Assembly: GCA_963836755.1 (NCBI GenBank)
Contig: CAWIKF010000002.1
Coordinates: forward strand, 1,760,001-1,824,000
DNA from: an uncultured Verrucomicrobiae bacterium
GTDB lineage: Bacteria > Verrucomicrobiota > Verrucomicrobiia > Chthoniobacterales > Chthoniobacteraceae
Reading direction: 5' to 3'
Length of the DNA: 64,000 nt
Below the pieces are notes generated by a model. The model made no database searches. It worked only from the letters and a program-made list of their open reading frames with translations, and was not told the origin of the DNA. The translations under genes were made by a program, and so were the position numbers. Below are positions 59,203-64,000 of this stretch, one piece after another (the stretch's first letter is position 1; each line of letters begins with the position of its first letter).

Positions 59203-59811
59203 ATGCACGCGGATAGCTTCCCAAGTTATCCCGCGCGGCCGGTCAACGGCGGGGCGCTTCACTGCGCCCTGCCGAAGATCGGGGCGTGGGTCTGGCAACC
59301 GAAGGTCGATGACTGGCGCGCGATCATCCATGCGCCCAGCGGCCGCGTCTGGAACCGGCATGGCAAACCTTCATCCGTCACAGGCAAGCTGACGGCAGCG
59401 TTTCACTTTTTGCGCGACTGCCCTTTCGAATGGCTCGATGCCGGCATCATGGAATGCCGGAACGACATGATGCGCGCTTCGCTCGTCATCTTTGACTTTT
59501 TTCCGACCAACAACCCGTCGCAAACGATGCGCGAGCGGCGCGTGCTACTGGAACACGAGTTTGAAATTCTGCCGCTGGCAACGCGGCTTCTCGCGAATGG
59601 TTTTTCGGTGCGCGAGCGCGTGCTGCTCATCAATCAATCCGAAGGCAGCGGCTTGGAGCTTTACCAGCAACTCCAGCGAGAAAACGCAACGCTCGGCCGC
59701 AAGTTCTATGAGGGTGTCGTCGCCAAGCGCCTGGACAAACCTTACCCGCTGCAGCTCCGCAGCCCATCCACGGAAACGCCGTGGATGATGAAACATCGTT
59801 TCGACCAATGA
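59203..59811 (+). CDS. Stand-alone ATP-dependent ligase/nucleotidyltransferase adenylation domain
   Basis: Motif I QPKVDDWR, WNRHG, WLDA, IFD, motif IV EGVVAK, motif V WMMKHR; no OB domain. Confidence 0.75.
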   Translation: MHADSFPSYPARPVNGGALHCALPKIGAWVWQPKVDDWRAIIHAPSGRVWNRHGKPSSVTGKLTAAFHFLRDCPFEWLDAGIMECRNDMMRASLVIFDFFPTNNPSQTMRERRVLLEHEFEILPLATRLLANGFSVRERVLLINQSEGSGLELYQQLQRENATLGRKFYEGVVAKRLDKPYPLQLRSPSTETPWMMKHRFDQ

Positions 59812-59852
59812 AAGCACCGGCTTTGCCAGCGAACACTATATTTAAACAGACG

Positions 59853-59952
59853 TTGCTTTTTCGCGACGTCACGACTGGCGAAGTCGAAACTATCCCTGTC
59901 AGTGAAACCACAAAAACGGAAGAGGCGACCGACGAAACGGCCATTTAAACAA
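59853..59952 (+). promoter_or_regulatory. Conserved leader motif, copy 4, with upstream box
   Basis: TTGCTTTTTCGCGACGTCACGACTGGCG; CAAAAACGGAAGAGGCGACCGACGAAACGGCCATTTAAACAA then ATG. Confidence 0.7.
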
Positions 59953-60294
59953 ATGCAAAATCAGATTACGAAAATCCGCTCAGTCGGAGTTTCCAAAATC
60001 AATCAGCTCGTGCGCGCGGCCGCGCACTTGAAAACTCTCCAGCCGGCTTTTGCCGAGTGGAGCGCGGGCGACGTCTATGTCTGCAAAAAAACGGGTGATT
60101 ACCGTTACCGCTTCGGCGTTGCGGGCAAGTCGGTGACGCCTTGGAGCGCGACGGCGCGCAAAGTGTTCGCGTCGCCTGCAGCGCTGGCCTTTGCCGCGCT
60201 GGTGCTTGGTGAGGAAAAGAAAGTCACGCGGGAGCTGCCAGTCGAGAACGGCCGCGCGAACGTCATCAGCATGGCGACGGGAAAGGCGGCGTAA
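59953..60294 (+). CDS. Hypothetical protein
   Basis: ATG 59953 (MQNQITK) directly after the leader motif. Confidence 0.65.
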   Translation: MQNQITKIRSVGVSKINQLVRAAAHLKTLQPAFAEWSAGDVYVCKKTGDYRYRFGVAGKSVTPWSATARKVFASPAALAFAALVLGEEKKVTRELPVENGRANVISMATGKAA

Positions 60295-60489
60295 ATGAAG
60301 AGCCTCACCGTCTCAAAACTATTCCGGCCGCTGCGCTGGAAAGAGCAATTCGTCCCATTCATCCGGTGCAGTGGGAAATGGCTGGAAGCCGCAGGCTTTC
60401 ATCCCGGAAACAAAGTCACCGTGCGAGTCGAGAATGGCGCGCTCATCATCGAGCCGCTCAAACCGGAGGAATGCAATTATGCAAAATAA
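60295..60489 (+). CDS. SymE-family (AbrB-fold) toxin-like protein
   Basis: LTVSK...VPFIRCSGKWLEAAGFHPGNKVTVRVENGALII. Confidence 0.8.
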   Translation: MKSLTVSKLFRPLRWKEQFVPFIRCSGKWLEAAGFHPGNKVTVRVENGALIIEPLKPEECNYAK

Positions 60490-61115
60490 TCTGCATAAAA
60501 TGCATAATCTCATCGGCCCCGCCGCTGCCGTTCTGGCAGCGGCGCGGGCGCTGGTGGCGAAGGAAAATCCCGTCAAGCTGCTGCTCGATGGCTATCCCGG
60601 CGTCGGCAAAACGGAGATCGCCAAAACATTGGTCGCGGAGATCACGCGCTGCGCGCACGCCGATTGAAAAAATCAATGGGCAAAGCCTGACGGTGGACGT
60701 GGTGCGCCAATGGCGCGAGCGCACCGCATACGGCAACCTGTTCAGCGCGTGGACTGCCAAGCGCATCGAGGAGATTGACCAGATGAGCGCGAGCGCGATG
60801 GCGGAAATGCTCACGCATCTCGACGAGCTGCCGCGCAATCACGCCATCATAGCCAGCACGAACGAATTTGCGAAATTGCGGGCCCAGAGCCAAGGCCGGC
60901 TCGAGTCGCGCTTTATTCGCTTCCACGTGGCCGCGCCGAGCGTTGAGGAAACGACGCGCTTCCTGATGTCGAGATACCGTCTCACGGCATCCGCGGCAAA
61001 GACGATCGCAGTCGGCAGCGTGCCGGACGGTTGCCTGCAAAGCGAAGGTTGCAACCTGCGCACAGCCATCAATGACGCAATCGGATTCAATGCGGCGAGA
61101 AAGGCGGCAGCATGA
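60479..61115 (+). CDS. Clamp-loader/RarA-type AAA+ ATPase (apparent frameshift ~60655)
   Basis: Walker A GYPGVGKT, Walker B IEEIDQM, sensor ASTN, Arg finger LESRF. Confidence 0.75.
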
Positions 61116-61672
61116 CCTTTTCCGAAGTCATCACACCCGGAGGTTACAAGATGGGCGAAGTCACGAGCGCGATGCAAAAGTCCATTCGCCGCGGCATCGA
61201 GGACGAGGCTCTTTTTTGGGCCACTGAAATCGATCTCGCCGGCTATGGCGAATACGTGTTTAAACGACTGAAAATCATCGCGAGCGAAGACGTGGGACTG
61301 GCATCCCCTGAAGCTGCGCTGACGATTCACAGCCTCTACCAAAGCTGGCTGGAGCAGCGCAAAAAGAAGGACGAACGCCACGGCCCTGAGCGTTTGTTTC
61401 TCGTGCACGCGGTCATGGTTCTCTCGCGAGCGCGGAAAAGCCGCATGGTCGATCACGCACTCATCGCCTACTATGAAGCCGCGCGCCCAGCTAGGGAAAT
61501 CCCTGACTACGCGCTAGACCGGCACACAGCGCGCGGACGAGCCCGTAAACGTGGCTGGAAACACTTCTGGCAAGTCGGCTCCATAGTGGAAAATCCGGCC
61601 CCGTTAAACGACCCTTACGAGCAAATCGCGAAGGCTACCCGCCGGGATCGCCAGATGGATTTGGAGCTATAA
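61112..61672 (+). CDS. Stand-alone RarA/MgsA C-terminal-like domain protein
   Basis: SAMQKSIRRG, KRLKIIASEDVGLA, KSR, IPDYALDRHT. Confidence 0.8.
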   Translation: MTFSEVITPGGYKMGEVTSAMQKSIRRGIEDEALFWATEIDLAGYGEYVFKRLKIIASEDVGLASPEAALTIHSLYQSWLEQRKKKDERHGPERLFLVHAVMVLSRARKSRMVDHALIAYYEAARPAREIPDYALDRHTARGRARKRGWKHFWQVGSIVENPAPLNDPYEQIAKATRRDRQMDLEL

Positions 61673-62190
61673 AAAAACAGTTGGTGTCACTCCAGTGTCA
61701 CGCGCGGTCTCAATCGCCCGCAAACCCGCATAGGAGCCGCGAGCGACGTTTGCTCCGCCGCGTTTGCGATGCTATTCTTCGAGAACCAGTTTGATTCAAT
61801 TCGGTCCTGGCCGTAATGCGCGAAGCTCGAAAGAGCACGTGGCGATTGGGTAAGCTGGCCATTTTTTATGAGCGAAGGAGAAACGGAAGCCTTGAACGTC
61901 AACGCGGCGATTCTGGATCAATCCTCTGGGCGATCCTATGAGGACGTTGTCCGGCAACTCGCGGCAAGTGCGGGAAACATGGGCGAGAAATCGTCAGCGG
62001 TCCCGAATTGCTTGCGTGGGCGCATGAACATGGGGCCATGCTACATCCGGAAGACTTCTGCAGCTTCCACGCGGCAGGCGGCGAGCACGCGGTCTAATTA
62101 GCCTGCGCGAGCTTTCAACCCATCATAGGCCCGAGCTGCTTAAATCGCGAAAGCTACGCGCCGGGATCGGCAGATGGATTGGAGCTATGA
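61623..62190 (+). repeat. Imperfect ~50-bp direct repeat (61623-61672 and 62142-62190)
   Basis: AAATCGCGAAGGCTACCCGCCGGGATCGCCAGATGGATTTGGAGCTATAA versus AAATCGCGAAAGCTACGCGCCGGGATCGGCAGATGGA-TTGGAGCTATGA. Confidence 0.8.
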
Positions 62191-62239
62191 TTCCAATTTA
62201 CGGTAAGACCTAGTCTGATCTTACAGGTCTCAACCTTCT

Positions 62240-64000
62240 TTAGAACTCAATTTCGTGTTTTTTCGCTACATCAAGTAGTTCTTTGTGCGCGGCGTAAGCG
62301 CGATCTAAGATTTCTGCCACATCGAATACCTGCCAGCGTGCGGCGTCGGTGCGTTCCTTTTCGAAGATCCTTAAATTTACCACGTCTTCCGCATGAGAAC
62401 CTGCGGGTTCACGCGTCCCGATAAGCATCCCTGTGATACGTAGCGCAATGTCAGGATGCTTGGTTTTCATCCAAGTTTCAGCGTCATCCATATACCGCCG
62501 GAGTTGATTCAAATGCTTCCCCTGCAATGGCGTATTCAGTGACTTTAGCTCCACGATCACCAGTTTTTGCAGAGTTTTGTTCCCGAGCAAAAAAACCAAG
62601 TCAGGGCGCTTATTCTTCCGATGGGGAAGCACTTCGTCCTCATCGGTTGGGGAATATGAGGACGGTGTGTGCGCGCCTATTTCTAAATGCCGGGTGAGTT
62701 CCTGAAACATTGACTGCTCAGAGGCGTCTGCCGATAAGAATTGGTAAAAGGTCGGGTCAAGTATCCACGGTATGCGCTCTAAAAGCTTCTGAAGTTCTTT
62801 TTCATTGTTAGGCTTGCTGAAGTCATGCGCCTTTTTCAGCCGGTTCAACGCCTCTAATCCCTTCAGGCGACTTTGCGCCATTGTCACGAAGCCTTCGAAC
62901 TCATAGCGAGTCAGATCGGCTAATTCTCTGACTACATCCGCCATTGCCGGCATCGGGTTTTTCGCCAATTCGGAGATCGCCGTGAGGATTTCACCATGCC
63001 CGAGGGCGCGAATGACGACTGGCAAAGTTGTTTTATAGAAGTCTCCATCGACCCCATCGCTGTCGTTCTTTGCAAGGACCTTCGCGATTCGCTTTCCCTG
63101 CGTTAACCGTTTCCCTTCCAGTCCCTGCGAGTGTAATGTGGTGACGGTAAATGGATCTACTTCTACCTTTGCCTCTTCTCGTCTGCCCTTTCAATTTTGC
63201 GTATTCAGACTACGTTTTGAGAACCTCTCCTTTTACGAATAAATAACGCAGGTTCAAGGAGCGGATTTTCCCAGCGCAGACCTTGCCGGTCAGTTGCTAC
63301 ATAATCGACCTTTTGTTCGTCTATGTAATCTGCTTCAACAATTCCCTCCATATAACTAGAATAAATGTAGCCGTCTGCGCTGGTGCGAATGCCAAACAGA
63401 TCGGGGGAGGCGGCCATCCGATTATGGCAATATATTCGGACGCCCCGCTGGTCCGTAGCCAGCTGTTTCTTTGAGCCGTGAAAGTAAATTCTATATTTAA
63501 TTGGGAGCGTGCGTCCGTCATCCGTTTTAATCGTGCTATCTACCAGGAGAAAATTGTCGGGATTACGAGCTGGATATGCGTAATCCCATTCGGTCGTATC
63601 GAAGGTGACTGGCTCTGCGTCCAAGCTAATGGAAAAGCCTTTAACCGTGCGGAAATGTCGCGCAAGGGATTTCGCGATCGTCTGCTCGCGTTGGAACCCG
63701 GAATATACCAGTTTAGAGAGTTCAACAATCGTGCCGTGATTATCAGGAAATAAGTTGGCGGCGGGTATCGCCTTTAAGGGAACGTTGATATCTGACGTGC
63801 TCGGCTTGTTTTTAAACTCATCATAGTCGAGCACAATGCAATAGGCCATTGTATCAACTGCTCGCTTGCTCGTTACCACCGATACGGTGCGCTATACCAA
63901 AGCCCGCCAGTTTTCCTAAACCCTTGCGTCCCATGAATGGTCTACCGCCTGCAGAGCGAAAGGAGTGCTCGTCTTCCCTCCTGCGCCGCGAAACGTTAAG
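62240..64000 (-). CDS. GHKL (MORC/Hsp90-like) ATPase with C-terminal PD-(D/E)xK nuclease-like domain; 5' end outside window, several frameshifts
   Basis: GRPFMGRKGLGKLAGFG near 63900-63945, HGTIVEL, RGVRIY, ATDRQ, WILDP, RPDLVF...IVELK...QLRRY; lower GC than flanks. Confidence 0.75.

Larger units (their letters stand above)
41783..64000. mobile_element. Phage-like integrative element (prophage/satellite-like); right end not in window
   Basis: att remnant, tyrosine integrase, repressor with divergent small ORFs, replication gene with iterons, ParB, cargo; no capsid, terminase or tail genes seen. Confidence 0.85.

Noticed and set aside
61623..62190. Diversity-generating retroelement TR/VR pair
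   Set aside because: Differences are not adenine-specific, the repeat is only ~50 bp, and no reverse transcriptase is present

Overview
This GC-rich bacterial window probably comes from a Verrucomicrobiota (Chthoniobacterales/Spartobacteria-like) genome, an inference from its PVC-type DUF1501/DUF1549-DUF1553/WD40-cytochrome cluster and gene style. It has four blocks. (1) 1-6.2 kb is core genes: uppS, purA, mutS and an MFS transporter. (2) 6.5-17.1 kb is an array of same-strand (minus) genes separated by about 11-13 compact (~60 bp) attC-like sites, with no integron integrase in view (a CALIN-like array). A further accessory block follows to 27.9 kb, with a two-component system split by a GT87 gene, a 21-bp tandem repeat, a candidate sRNA/leader, and YncE-like and LamG proteins. 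(3) 27.9-41.7 kb is core/PVC genes: priA, a lytic transglycosylase, a CAP protein, a TatD-like hydrolase, the DUF1501 cluster and a cytochrome b562-like gene. (4) From 41.78 kb to the window end lies a phage-like integrative element bounded by a tRNA 3'-end remnant. It carries a tyrosine integrase, a repressor with divergent early genes, a HerA-like ATPase, a replication protein with four palindromic iterons, ParB, a ParB/Srx + GT-A glycosyltransferase pair (candidate DNA hypermodification), a cargo block (DUF2786, ligase-like, SymE-like, split RarA-like) and a GHKL ATPase-nuclease. A conserved, apparently covarying pseudoknot-like leader precedes four of its genes. No virion genes are visible. 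Many single-base frameshifts across unrelated genes suggest assembly indels rather than real pseudogenes. All family assignments come from motif recognition by eye; no database search was run.
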